From positions 3,704-67,703 of the forward strand of contig DAIDIC010000143.1 of the NCBI GenBank assembly GCA_027459525.1: DNA of 64,000 nt, in the 5' to 3' direction. Both the position numbers and the translations under genes were made by a program. Under the pieces are notes generated by a model. It searched no databases. It was not told the origin of the DNA and saw only the letters and a program-made list of their open reading frames with translations. Positions 26,146 to 35,219 of the stretch are shown piece by piece; within the stretch, counting starts at the first letter, position 1, and each line of letters opens with the position of its first letter. This DNA is from Ktedonobacteria bacterium. Its GTDB lineage: Bacteria > Chloroflexota > Ktedonobacteria > Ktedonobacterales > JACDGC01.

Positions 26146-27060
26146 ATGAAATTGACACGCAAAAACACACTCATTATCGGGCTTGGTGTTATTGGCGCTT
26201 CTTTTGCGCTGGCGCTGCGCAAAGCCGGGGTTTGCGGTATAATTAACGGATTCGACACAAATACAGATCATCTTTCACACGCGCTCAACGCGGGGTATAT
26301 CGACAACGCCGCCGATAATCCCGAAACCGCGGCGGCGGCGGCAGATTTTATTGTGCTTGCTGTGCCAGCGCGCGCAATTCCAAATTATCTGCATAACTTA
26401 GCCCCATATATGGCCGCAGGTACTATCATCATGGATGTTGGAAGCTCAAAACGCGCTATAGTCGAAGCCATGGATTGTTTACCCAAACATATACAAGCAA
26501 TTGGCGGGCACCCAATGACAGGAGTGTTAACAGCAGGAGTTACTGAACCATGCGCTGAACTTTTCGATGGCAGAATATTTTTTCTCATCCCAACTGCGCG
26601 AACAACACAAAAATCACTGTTGTGGCTGCAAAAAGTTATTACCCAAATCGGGGCAGTCATAAAAATCGTCAATGCTCAAGAGCACGATCGCGCTGCGGCA
26701 ATAATGAGTCATCTGCCACACGCATTATCCATTATGTTGGCGCATACAGCAGCAAATTGTCCAATACCTGATATTAAAGATTACGCCGCCGGCGGTTTCC
26801 GGAGCATCGCAGAAAAATCAGCCATCAATCCTACCATGTGGGCTGATATTTTTTACACCAATAAGCGGGAAGTTATCAGCGCAATTGAAATATATGGGCA
26901 GGAGCTGCAAGCGTTTACTGCTTTGCTGCAGCAAAACGATCCCACAATACTGCTGGAATATCTTCAGCAAACACAATCTTGGTGGAATGAGCTTACCGCC
27001 GGCGCCGCGGACCAAACACCACAAGCTCCGCACAGCCAGTCAACGGCCGTTACAGAATAG
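26146..27060 (+). CDS. tyrA: Prephenate dehydrogenase
   Basis: Rossmann motif IIGLGVIGASFALALRKAG, plus GGHPMTG and SHLPH motifs. Confidence 0.85.
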   Translation: MKLTRKNTLIIGLGVIGASFALALRKAGVCGIINGFDTNTDHLSHALNAGYIDNAADNPETAAAAADFIVLAVPARAIPNYLHNLAPYMAAGTIIMDVGSSKRAIVEAMDCLPKHIQAIGGHPMTGVLTAGVTEPCAELFDGRIFFLIPTARTTQKSLLWLQKVITQIGAVIKIVNAQEHDRAAAIMSHLPHALSIMLAHTAANCPIPDIKDYAAGGFRSIAEKSAINPTMWADIFYTNKREVISAIEIYGQELQAFTALLQQNDPTILLEYLQQTQSWWNELTAGAADQTPQAPHSQSTAVTE

Positions 27061-28060
27061 ATTCTTCTTGGCGCGATTTCATCGAGATGAACAACGCATC
27101 AAGGGTCTTTGCTTGCAGAACACTTTCTTGCAAAGAAACATACGGCTCTGAACCGGAAATAATACAATCGGTAAAATGCCGCAGCATCAGCGCATAGGGA
27201 TTTGCCTGCGCAAATATTTTTTCATCTTCATCATTCCCGATTTTTAAGAAAATAGATGTTTCATCTTCGCGCCATGAAGTAAACGGAACGCGCATCGTAA
27301 GCGTTCCCAAGGAACCAATTATTTCTACTGTTTGGCTTTCTGCGCTGCCGAAACTGCACGCAATATGCGCTAATGCGCCAGATTCAAATGTCAAGATACC
27401 CGAAACACTTTCATCTATTCCGGATTCGGAATAAACAGCCTGCGCCATTACTGTTTCCGGCTCTTCCCCCAGCAAATACCGCGAAACACCAACGCAATAA
27501 CACCCAACATCATATAGCGCGCCTCCGCCACTTGCAGGAATATTGCGGTAATTATCCGGTCTTGCAAGTGTAAAACAGAAGGAACTATGCAAAAGTTTGG
27601 GAGATCCGATTGCGCCGCTTTGAATAATATCATATGCAGCTTGTATGCGCGGATGAAATCGATACATAAAGGCTTCCATTGCTAATCGCCCAGTTTTGCG
27701 AGCAGCTTCTTGAATTTGCATTGCTTCTTCAGCGTTCATCGCCAATGGTTTCTCGCATAAAGTGTGCTTGCCGACCTCTAACGCGCGAATCGTCCATTCC
27801 ATGTGCATATTATTTGGCAGCGCAATATATATTGCGTCTACATCCGGATCCTGCAAGAGCCGATCATAATCGGTGTAAAATTTTTCAACCGAAAAATCTG
27901 CCGCAAAAGAACGCGCGCGCGCCTCGCTGCTGCTGGCCACTGCAATAATTTTTGCATATGGAACCTCGCGAAAAGCAGGAGCAATGGCCACGCGCGAAAT
28001 ATTTCCGGCGCCGATTATTCCCCACTGGATAATCGGCGTCCCTTCCATATCTAAAAACAT
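27050..28060 (-). CDS. Gfo/Idh/MocA-family oxidoreductase
   Basis: WGIIGAGNISR Rossmann motif, EKPLA motif and a C-terminal alpha/beta domain. It overlaps the 3' end of tyrA by 11 nt (convergent). Confidence 0.85.
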   Translation of the reverse strand: MFLDMEGTPIIQWGIIGAGNISRVAIAPAFREVPYAKIIAVASSSEARARSFAADFSVEKFYTDYDRLLQDPDVDAIYIALPNNMHMEWTIRALEVGKHTLCEKPLAMNAEEAMQIQEAARKTGRLAMEAFMYRFHPRIQAAYDIIQSGAIGSPKLLHSSFCFTLARPDNYRNIPASGGGALYDVGCYCVGVSRYLLGEEPETVMAQAVYSESGIDESVSGILTFESGALAHIACSFGSAESQTVEIIGSLGTLTMRVPFTSWREDETSIFLKIGNDEDEKIFAQANPYALMLRHFTDCIISGSEPYVSLQESVLQAKTLDALFISMKSRQEESIL

Positions 28061-28092
28061 ATCAATTTCATATCCTTTCTGCTATTTCCCAG

Positions 28093-28746
28093 TCATAGAA
28101 TATCAAATGACTGAGAAATTTTCATCCGCATATTTCCACTATATAACGCTATATGCGGCGCGCGCAGCAATAAACGCATCAATAAAGAATTTTCCGTGTG
28201 ACATGCTTCAATCTGCAGACGCACACGCCGAACAGAGCCGGCAGATACCGATACAAAAAAAAGCTGCCGCCGCGGCCCACGTTCGGTGTATACCGGCAGC
28301 CCCGGCGCCGCCAGTGGCAGAAACCTGCCCATATCGCAACCCTTCAGGGTAAATACTTCATGCTCACTTTGCACACTTGCCTCGATATCATTTCCCGATT
28401 TGGCAATAGCAACCCCAGATGATACATGTGGCGCGCCCCACAGCAACCTGCCAGCAGTATGGGCAAGTTCTGTAGAAACAAAACTATTGTATATTTTCAG
28501 CGTCGGCAAAACTTTCCATTTGGGTCCGGAGCCAATAAAATACTCCTGATACGGCCCAATTGGTGTGTGACTATAAGAAGCGAAAAATCCCATAACCAAG
28601 TTTTGCAGCGCCGGCTGCTCGCCATACTCACGCCGAATATCTGCCAATGCGCGCGGCGAAAGCCATCCGGCAATAAACAGCGCTGAACCCGTAAGCTTCC
28701 ACGGAGCCGGAGGAACCAGCAGAGAATATGTTATATGCTGTGTCAT
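28093..28746 (-). CDS. Hypothetical protein (weak acetoacetate-decarboxylase-like impression)
   Basis: 217-aa ORF in a gene-sized gap. The N-terminal PPAPWKLTG resembles ADC-family starts. No firm motif was seen. Confidence 0.4.
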   Translation of the reverse strand: MTQHITYSLLVPPAPWKLTGSALFIAGWLSPRALADIRREYGEQPALQNLVMGFFASYSHTPIGPYQEYFIGSGPKWKVLPTLKIYNSFVSTELAHTAGRLLWGAPHVSSGVAIAKSGNDIEASVQSEHEVFTLKGCDMGRFLPLAAPGLPVYTERGPRRQLFFVSVSAGSVRRVRLQIEACHTENSLLMRLLLRAPHIALYSGNMRMKISQSFDIL

Positions 28747-29118
28747 CTAACTGCCCCCTTTTTAAAGATTCCGCAAAATTTACCAATATCAATAAAAATC
28801 TCTATCAATTATACAACTTCTGCGGCAAAAACAATATCCGGCTTTCAGCAAATATGCTATTGCAGGGAAACGCGCGCATGTGTCGTTTTTGCGCCATTAC
28901 GAAAATCACCCGCACATCACAATAGCGTCAAATATTGTCTTTTTTCAGATTCAGATTGACGCATTATGTTTCCATTCAACATATTTAAAACTAGAACATA
29001 AAATGATAAAATATAAACGTTAGGATTTTTGCAAAATTGCAAAAGATATGCGCCATAAGGATGAATATGTTTTCATAGCAAAAAAACAATATGTGACAAT
29101 TATGGGGAGTTCTCCGTT

Positions 29119-29925
29119 TTGAATGATAGAGTACATTTACAGAATTCAGATGATGATGACTGTAATAAGGTCAATATCGAAATCGAAAATATTCCATCTG
29201 CTCAATCACAGGAACATGACATGATCTCTTCGCTGAGCCAAACAAACAGCAATGATGAAAATGAAAGCGTTTTCCTAGAAACTGATGATGTTGCTGATAC
29301 TGAAGAAGAAGATCTGCAACAGCCGGATCTGCAACCGATAGACATCACACAGTTTGAAGAAATTTTTACGCGATTTCAAACACCGATATGCAATTTTTTA
29401 TATCGATTAGTTGGAAACCGCGAGCAGGCGTATGATTTAGCTCAGGATGTTTTCGTAAAAGCATATAAAGCTTTAACAAACGGGGCAATTATCCAACCCA
29501 AAGCGCTTTCCTCGTGGATATATCGTATTGCGTCTAACACCGCAACCGATAGCATCCGCCGCCGTAAGTTAATTACATGGCTGCCTTTATCCATGTTTGG
29601 CGACGACAGAGGCATTGGAGCAGGACTGCCCACACAAGCTGATGACGCAACAGAAACTGCTAAACCTGCCGTTTCCAGTGCCTTCGGCCAATACGATGGG
29701 GGCAGATTCGAGCAGCATATAGCAGATCAAGATCTTATTCAAAGTGTACTCGAAATGATGCCAGAAAAATACACCATTTGCTTGCTGCTATACGAAAATG
29801 AGGGTTTTTCCTGCAACGAAATTGCGGAAATGCTTGAAATTAGCGCATCAGCTGTGAAAATGCGCCTTATGCGCGCACGCGAAAAATTTATAGCCTTATA
29901 TAAACAGGAATCGGCAAAATCATGA
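29119..29925 (+). CDS. ECF-type sigma-70 factor with acidic N-terminal extension
   Basis: TTG start. Region 2 is FLYRLVGNREQAYDLAQDVFVKAY and region 4 is EGFSCNEIAEMLEISASAVKMRLMRAREKF. An extension of about 85 aa is rich in D/E. Confidence 0.85.
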   Translation: MNDRVHLQNSDDDDCNKVNIEIENIPSAQSQEHDMISSLSQTNSNDENESVFLETDDVADTEEEDLQQPDLQPIDITQFEEIFTRFQTPICNFLYRLVGNREQAYDLAQDVFVKAYKALTNGAIIQPKALSSWIYRIASNTATDSIRRRKLITWLPLSMFGDDRGIGAGLPTQADDATETAKPAVSSAFGQYDGGRFEQHIADQDLIQSVLEMMPEKYTICLLLYENEGFSCNEIAEMLEISASAVKMRLMRAREKFIALYKQESAKS

Positions 29926-31448
29926 ATTGTGAAGAAGTACGCATACATCTGGCCGCCTATCGCCGCAGCGATTGGTCCGGTGAAGAACAAAAAACAATCG
30001 GCAAACATCTGCTGACATGCGCAGCGTGCCGCAAATGGGAAAGTGAAGCGCGAGAAGCCGGTGAAAAAATTCGCCAATTGCCTTCAATAGAGCCTCCTGC
30101 TGACTTTCGCAGCCGTGTTTTTGCTGCAATTCGCGCCGAACAATTACAAGATTCACTTCGCAATAATCAACCCGCCGTTCCCAGCGCCAAACCTGCAGCT
30201 ATAAAATTGAGTTCCGCAACACGCATCGGTGAAATTTCTACCACCGCAGCGCGCCCGCGTACAATTATCTTCGGCAAATTCACAGCCATTGCCAGCGCCG
30301 CCGCTATATTAGCTATCATGTTCCTAACACGATTCACAGCGCTTTCAACAACTTCGCTGGCCGTTCCAAACGACAGCTTCTGCATCACTTCCATTCACTG
30401 CGCCACTGCCCCGCTTCGGATCTCTGCCCCAGCAGACTACCCAACAGTTACTTCTGCCTTGGCAGATCAGCAATATGTGGCATACACTGCGGTAAATTCT
30501 GCGAACGAAACAATGATATTTGCCAGAAATCGCGATTCCGCCAAAACATACCCATTGCTAACTGCCGCAGTAAAAGGTTCGGTTTCCGTACAATACCTAA
30601 ACGGAAATATGCTCACATGGTATAGCGCCTCACCCGGCGGCGCATGGACATTGAACGAATCTCCCATCGTCATTGCCGATGGAATCCAAGAGTTTGCCGA
30701 CACAAATGATACAACCGTTGTGTTCAGCGGGCAAACAATCGGCGAACAAACCGTTGCTAAATTACTTTCTTATTGGGGAAACGCAAACAACGCGCTGAGC
30801 GTACTGCAATTTACCAACAGTCAAACAGAATTAATCGATATTCAGGAATCTGCAGATTTGCAAACAGCATCCTATACAACCGTCGCAGTAGCAGAACCGC
30901 CATTTACTATTGTCGATCCGTACTTAGACGGCGGCAATGCTTATTGGGTGGAAAAATCTATCGGACCCGATGGTTCCCCAACCGGAACAATTTGGACCAG
31001 CCAAAACGGCGCTCCGGCAGTTCAAATCACCACAACGAACACATCATTCGGACCCGACGCTTCCGGCGCAAACATTGCATGGTTTGAAGCCGCCGGAGCC
31101 AGCAGCGCATCCAGCGGCATCAATGCCTCCAGCGCATCAATGTCGGGGACAATTGATACAGCGCAGCTGAACATCTTGACACAAGGTCAGCCGCAGCAGA
31201 TTAAAACAGCCTCACTCATGAGCGGCGATATTGCTGCAAGCTCGGTCTTTCGAGGTCAAGGATATATCTTATGGCAAGATAATAAAGGCTCGATCTTCAT
31301 CTATCACATCGGCAACAGCCAGCCGGAGCAGTTCGACCATATGGCCATCCCGCTCAACAGTAACCCATCACTATCCGCTGACAGCGCAGTATGGGTTTCG
31401 CAAAACGCAAACGGCGCTTCAACCATATATGTGCTAGATATAAACTGA
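29922..31448 (+). CDS. Anti-sigma factor (zf-HC2) with TM helix and large extracytoplasmic domain
   Basis: It has a 4-nt ATGA overlap with the sigma gene. The N-terminal motif is HLLTCAACRKWE, with a TM helix FTAIASAAAILAIMFL and a C-terminal domain of about 350 aa. Confidence 0.75.
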   Translation: MNCEEVRIHLAAYRRSDWSGEEQKTIGKHLLTCAACRKWESEAREAGEKIRQLPSIEPPADFRSRVFAAIRAEQLQDSLRNNQPAVPSAKPAAIKLSSATRIGEISTTAARPRTIIFGKFTAIASAAAILAIMFLTRFTALSTTSLAVPNDSFCITSIHCATAPLRISAPADYPTVTSALADQQYVAYTAVNSANETMIFARNRDSAKTYPLLTAAVKGSVSVQYLNGNMLTWYSASPGGAWTLNESPIVIADGIQEFADTNDTTVVFSGQTIGEQTVAKLLSYWGNANNALSVLQFTNSQTELIDIQESADLQTASYTTVAVAEPPFTIVDPYLDGGNAYWVEKSIGPDGSPTGTIWTSQNGAPAVQITTTNTSFGPDASGANIAWFEAAGASSASSGINASSASMSGTIDTAQLNILTQGQPQQIKTASLMSGDIAASSVFRGQGYILWQDNKGSIFIYHIGNSQPEQFDHMAIPLNSNPSLSADSAVWVSQNANGASTIYVLDIN

Positions 31449-31450
31449 CG

Positions 31451-31556
31451 GATCTGAAGTTTAAAAAGAAATACGGGGAAATTTGGGGATACCTCAAACC
31501 CTGTCGTGGGGTATGCTACACACTGCGCATGGTTTGCTTTATGAATTCTGCAGAAA
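31451..31556 (+). repeat. Family-B structured repeat, copy 2 (more diverged; ends approximate)
   Basis: GATCTGAAGTTTAAAAAGAAATACGGGGAAATTTGGGGATACCTCAAACCCTGTCGTGGGG...CTGCGC aligns with copy 1 (CTGAA, AAAAAGRAA, GGGGA, TTTGGGGAYACCYCAARCCCTGTC, CTGCGC). It fills the gap between the convergent anti-sigma gene and aroA. Confidence 0.45.
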
Positions 31557-31566
31557 TAACGGTGGA

Positions 31567-32916
31567 TTATTCGATTACGAAAAATACAACACCTAATTGG
31601 CTGAGTTCACGCCAAAAATTTGGATAACTTTTTGCAGTGTGATCGCAGCCAGTAATTGTCAGTCCGCGTTCCGTTCGCAACCCTATTATCGCCAGCGCCA
31701 TCGCCAAACGATGATCATTATGAGCGTCTACTATACCTCCGCCCAAAATAGCGGCGCGGCTGCCATGAATAAGCAGAAAATCATCCCCGGCTTCTGCAAT
31801 GGCTCCGGCCTTACAAAATTCCACGCACAAATCATCAATACGGTTGCTTTCTTTAAGACGCAAATTCGCGATAGCATTAAATCGCGTTGCCCCATCTGCA
31901 AATACTGCAAGCGCTGCAAGCGCCGGAACACTATCAATATATAAAGAAGCGTCTAAAACGGCGCCGCGCAACGAATAGGAAGGCGCAATCCATGCGGCTA
32001 AGCTGCCATCGCCGCTTTCCTCAAAAGCCATGCCGGCGCCCAGATTGCGCAGCGCATCTATTGCAGCCAAGCCATCCTCGGAATAGCGATCGAGCCTATC
32101 AATCCGCATCTTGCCCGATATGGCAGCCGTTGCGGCAAACCACATAACCGCCGTAGGAAAATCGGCCCAAATCTCTGTTTGCAAAGGCTGATAACTGCTT
32201 GGCGTAATATGAAACCATCGCAGCGATTCATCATACTGCGCCGCAATTCCCGCAGTATGCATCATTTGCAGCGTTAAACGAACAAAATTTGCAGAAACCA
32301 ATCCATCATCTACTATAATATCTGCCGGCTCTGCCAGCAGCGGCGCCAGCAATAGCAATGCGCTGATAAACTGTGAAGAGCGCGCGCCGGAAATATGCGC
32401 GCGGCCCCCGTGAGTATTGCCGCCGCGCAAGTGAATCGGCAGCGAGCCATCAGGCCCAGATTCAATTTGTGCGCCAAGTTGGCGCAGCGCGTCTAACAGT
32501 TCTTTATTGGGACGTTTCCCCAGTGAAGCGCTATATTGCGTTGTAAAAGTAATATCAGGCAATGTTGCGGTAACACCCAGCAGCAGCCGTAAAACTGCGC
32601 CGGCGTTCCGCGCATCTATCTGCACGGAATGCGTCTGCTCATGCGCAGGAAATCGCCCGGCGCATCCTGTAATCCGAATCATCTCGCTGTCATAATCACA
32701 GCGAACCCCCAATACTTGCAACGCCTGCAATAACGCAAATGTGTCATCGGTTTGCGGCGCATTCTTAATCACTGAAACGCCATCCGCCAAAGCGGCAATA
32801 ATCAGCGCCCGCACAGCAGCGTATTTAGAACCGGGTATATGCGGAACCCCCGAAAATACTGCTTTTTGCGGCGGTATAAAAACGGTTTTAGGTAACCTGC
32901 CTTCGTGATACAGCAT
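31567..32916 (-). CDS. aroA: 3-phosphoshikimate 1-carboxyvinyltransferase (EPSP synthase)
   Basis: 449-aa ORF with IPGSKYAAVRALIIAAL, RPNKELLDALRQLGA, LKESNRI and DHRLAMA motifs. Confidence 0.9.
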   Translation of the reverse strand: MLYHEGRLPKTVFIPPQKAVFSGVPHIPGSKYAAVRALIIAALADGVSVIKNAPQTDDTFALLQALQVLGVRCDYDSEMIRITGCAGRFPAHEQTHSVQIDARNAGAVLRLLLGVTATLPDITFTTQYSASLGKRPNKELLDALRQLGAQIESGPDGSLPIHLRGGNTHGGRAHISGARSSQFISALLLLAPLLAEPADIIVDDGLVSANFVRLTLQMMHTAGIAAQYDESLRWFHITPSSYQPLQTEIWADFPTAVMWFAATAAISGKMRIDRLDRYSEDGLAAIDALRNLGAGMAFEESGDGSLAAWIAPSYSLRGAVLDASLYIDSVPALAALAVFADGATRFNAIANLRLKESNRIDDLCVEFCKAGAIAEAGDDFLLIHGSRAAILGGGIVDAHNDHRLAMALAIIGLRTERGLTITGCDHTAKSYPNFWRELSQLGVVFFVIE

Positions 32917-32922
32917 GCCAAT

Positions 32923-34821
32923 TTAACCGCCCGCTGTTGGAGTTGCCGTTGGAGTTACCCCAACTGGCGGGGACAATTGAACGGAGTTGTCGGTAAAAGC
33001 TGTTAATGTTACTACAGTTGTGCCCGTATTCAAATATGTTCCGGTTATCATATCTCCTGGCTGCGCCAAAGGCAGCAGCGGCGAAAGTGAAAGCGGCGCA
33101 GTAAGAATATTTGACTGCCCCTGCACCCACAAATAATACACCGTCTCATTATTTACGGTTGTCGGCGCAATGCGCAATAGTTTGCCGCTGAAATTTTCTA
33201 CCAAACCCTGCGAACTTGCTATGGAAGAGCCTCCGGCATTCGTTGCCAGCCACTGTTGGTAATCGGTTAACGCTTGGTTTAAAGTCGGCTCCATTTGTAC
33301 GTTAGATCCATTCAGTTCATTCGCGTCGAGCAATCCAATCGCCTGAAATGTTGCGCCTTGGGCATTTGCTTGAGAAAAAATAGCCACCCAAGTCGGCTTG
33401 CCATAAATGTTATACAACTGCACACCGCTGACATCATAATTTCGGATATTATGCGGATTGGAAGAGAAGGTATGAACAACATTATCACCTATACCTAACC
33501 CCGAAAGCTGGTAATACTGCGCGGAATTTTTGCGAGTATCATATAATACTATTCCGGTGCTGGAATTATCGCTTGCGGCGCTTGAAGTCATCGGAATAAT
33601 CCATACCGGCTGATCGATGTTATTATACACAAGCTCCGGCGCAGAGGCGGGCTGCTGCTGCAACGCGCCGGATGGATTAAACCACGAAGCATAATGATAT
33701 AATCCCCACCAAGTCATATATTGATTGACCACATTTTGCGAATATACTCTATCAACCCAAGAAGGGGTATCTTGCGGCGCATACGCCTGCACATCCCCAG
33801 ACTGAGGATCTACCAGCAAAACCTTACTGATTGTTGCGCCGGTAAACCCATGAGAAGGAGTCATCAGCGAAACGGTAAAATACGGCTGCCAATTATCATT
33901 TACTTCTAAAGTAGGGTCTTCCAAGTTTCCATTGACATACCCGCTTAAATATACATGGCGTATCAAATCTTGATTCAACAGCGCTCCGGGGATATAACGC
34001 ATAGTATATCCGGTTTTCAATTGAGCTGGGGTATTGGGATTTTCGGCGTCTACAACTACATAGCCCGGCGTAGATGAATGGCTGAGATTCACAAAAATAT
34101 TATTATAAACCAGCGGCGCAATCCAATATAAATGCTGGTTAACTGATTGCAGCACAAAATCACTTTGCTCCACTTGGTATAATGAGCCAAGATTTTGCCC
34201 GTTTTGCCCTAATGTTTGCTGCCCCTTAAATGAAGCTATTGCTTGGGTAACCTGCACAATATGTTGAACATTTGTTGGCGGCAGTTGCGCGCCGGATGGC
34301 ATTACCGATACATTCGGAAGCGCGGCCAAGGCCTTAGCGTTGCCGTCAAACCATGTGGTGGCAACCACGATCCCAGAATTTACAATAACAGCAATGAATA
34401 AAATAAAAACAAACATAAAAATTCCCGCGGCTCCTGCTCCGTCAGCCATAAGCGCCGGCGCCCGCGGCCGACGGGAATTTATCACATTGCCATTTCCGGC
34501 GCGAAAACGTTCGCCGGCGTTCAGTATATTCGAATACAGTTCCTGCGCGCCGGATACGCCGCGCAAAAATATGCTTACTATTGCGCTAAGCACACCCGGC
34601 CATAATATCCACTCCCAGCCGCCAAACGGCCCTGTCAAAGCCGGCATGCCAAAATAAAGATACAATACATCAAAGAAAAAATTAAAAACAAATAAAATAA
34701 TCAGCCACATGGTAAATGACTTATCAAAATTCATCTTCTTCCGGCTGGCAATAACTCGAAAAAAAGCCAATATCCCTGTTATTGCCAACGCGCCAATAAA
34801 CGCAAGTAAAACTATAATCAT
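32923..34821 (-). CDS. Large membrane protein of unknown function (multi-TM N-terminus, ~450-aa extracytoplasmic region)
   Basis: 632-aa ORF that ends 6 nt before the aroA start. It has about 4 hydrophobic helices, then a Q/N/T-rich soluble region. No family was recognised. Confidence 0.6.
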   Translation of the reverse strand: MIIVLLAFIGALAITGILAFFRVIASRKKMNFDKSFTMWLIILFVFNFFFDVLYLYFGMPALTGPFGGWEWILWPGVLSAIVSIFLRGVSGAQELYSNILNAGERFRAGNGNVINSRRPRAPALMADGAGAAGIFMFVFILFIAVIVNSGIVVATTWFDGNAKALAALPNVSVMPSGAQLPPTNVQHIVQVTQAIASFKGQQTLGQNGQNLGSLYQVEQSDFVLQSVNQHLYWIAPLVYNNIFVNLSHSSTPGYVVVDAENPNTPAQLKTGYTMRYIPGALLNQDLIRHVYLSGYVNGNLEDPTLEVNDNWQPYFTVSLMTPSHGFTGATISKVLLVDPQSGDVQAYAPQDTPSWVDRVYSQNVVNQYMTWWGLYHYASWFNPSGALQQQPASAPELVYNNIDQPVWIIPMTSSAASDNSSTGIVLYDTRKNSAQYYQLSGLGIGDNVVHTFSSNPHNIRNYDVSGVQLYNIYGKPTWVAIFSQANAQGATFQAIGLLDANELNGSNVQMEPTLNQALTDYQQWLATNAGGSSIASSQGLVENFSGKLLRIAPTTVNNETVYYLWVQGQSNILTAPLSLSPLLPLAQPGDMITGTYLNTGTTVVTLTAFTDNSVQLSPPVGVTPTATPTAGG

Positions 34822-35144
34822 AGCGCTTTTCCTTTACTGTTCAACATTTTCATCACAGTTGCATACCGAAGCATCTCACCATATACTATATCAAGCAACA
34901 GACCTTCGGCAAAACCGCCGCGCACATTCTTATTACATACGCTCTATAGGGCAGCAGCTTTACAGAATCTTCTATTAAAAAAAGATGGTTGACAAACACA
35001 ACTTGCAAATATTTTTCTTATAAAATTATTTTCTATGTGTTATATCCCTGTATATACTGTATCACAGGGTGACGACTCCCCAAGGGGGATTTCACTTTTC
35101 TTGCTACATAAACATAGCTTTAGGACTTTGTGCCGATAACGCTG

Positions 35145-35183
35145 CAAAATAACACAAAAGAGCGGAAGAGAAAATTCTCTCCC
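35145..35183 (-). terminator. Rho-independent terminator of the SBP gene
   Basis: The minus-strand RNA reads GGGAGAGAAUUUUCUCUUCC followed by GCUCUUUUGUGUUAUUUU. Confidence 0.5.
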
Positions 35184-35219
35184 GCCCCGTTGGATGAAAA
35201 CAACTCTGTGAAAGAGTTA

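Noticed and set aside
35122-35150. Short matches to family-A termini: AGGACTTT...CGCTGCAAAAT at 35122-35150 and CTGCAACAGATACATGGAAAGTCCTTA at 61803-61829.
   Set aside because: They are too short and interrupted to call as element copies without a profile search. They are mentioned only as possible fragments.
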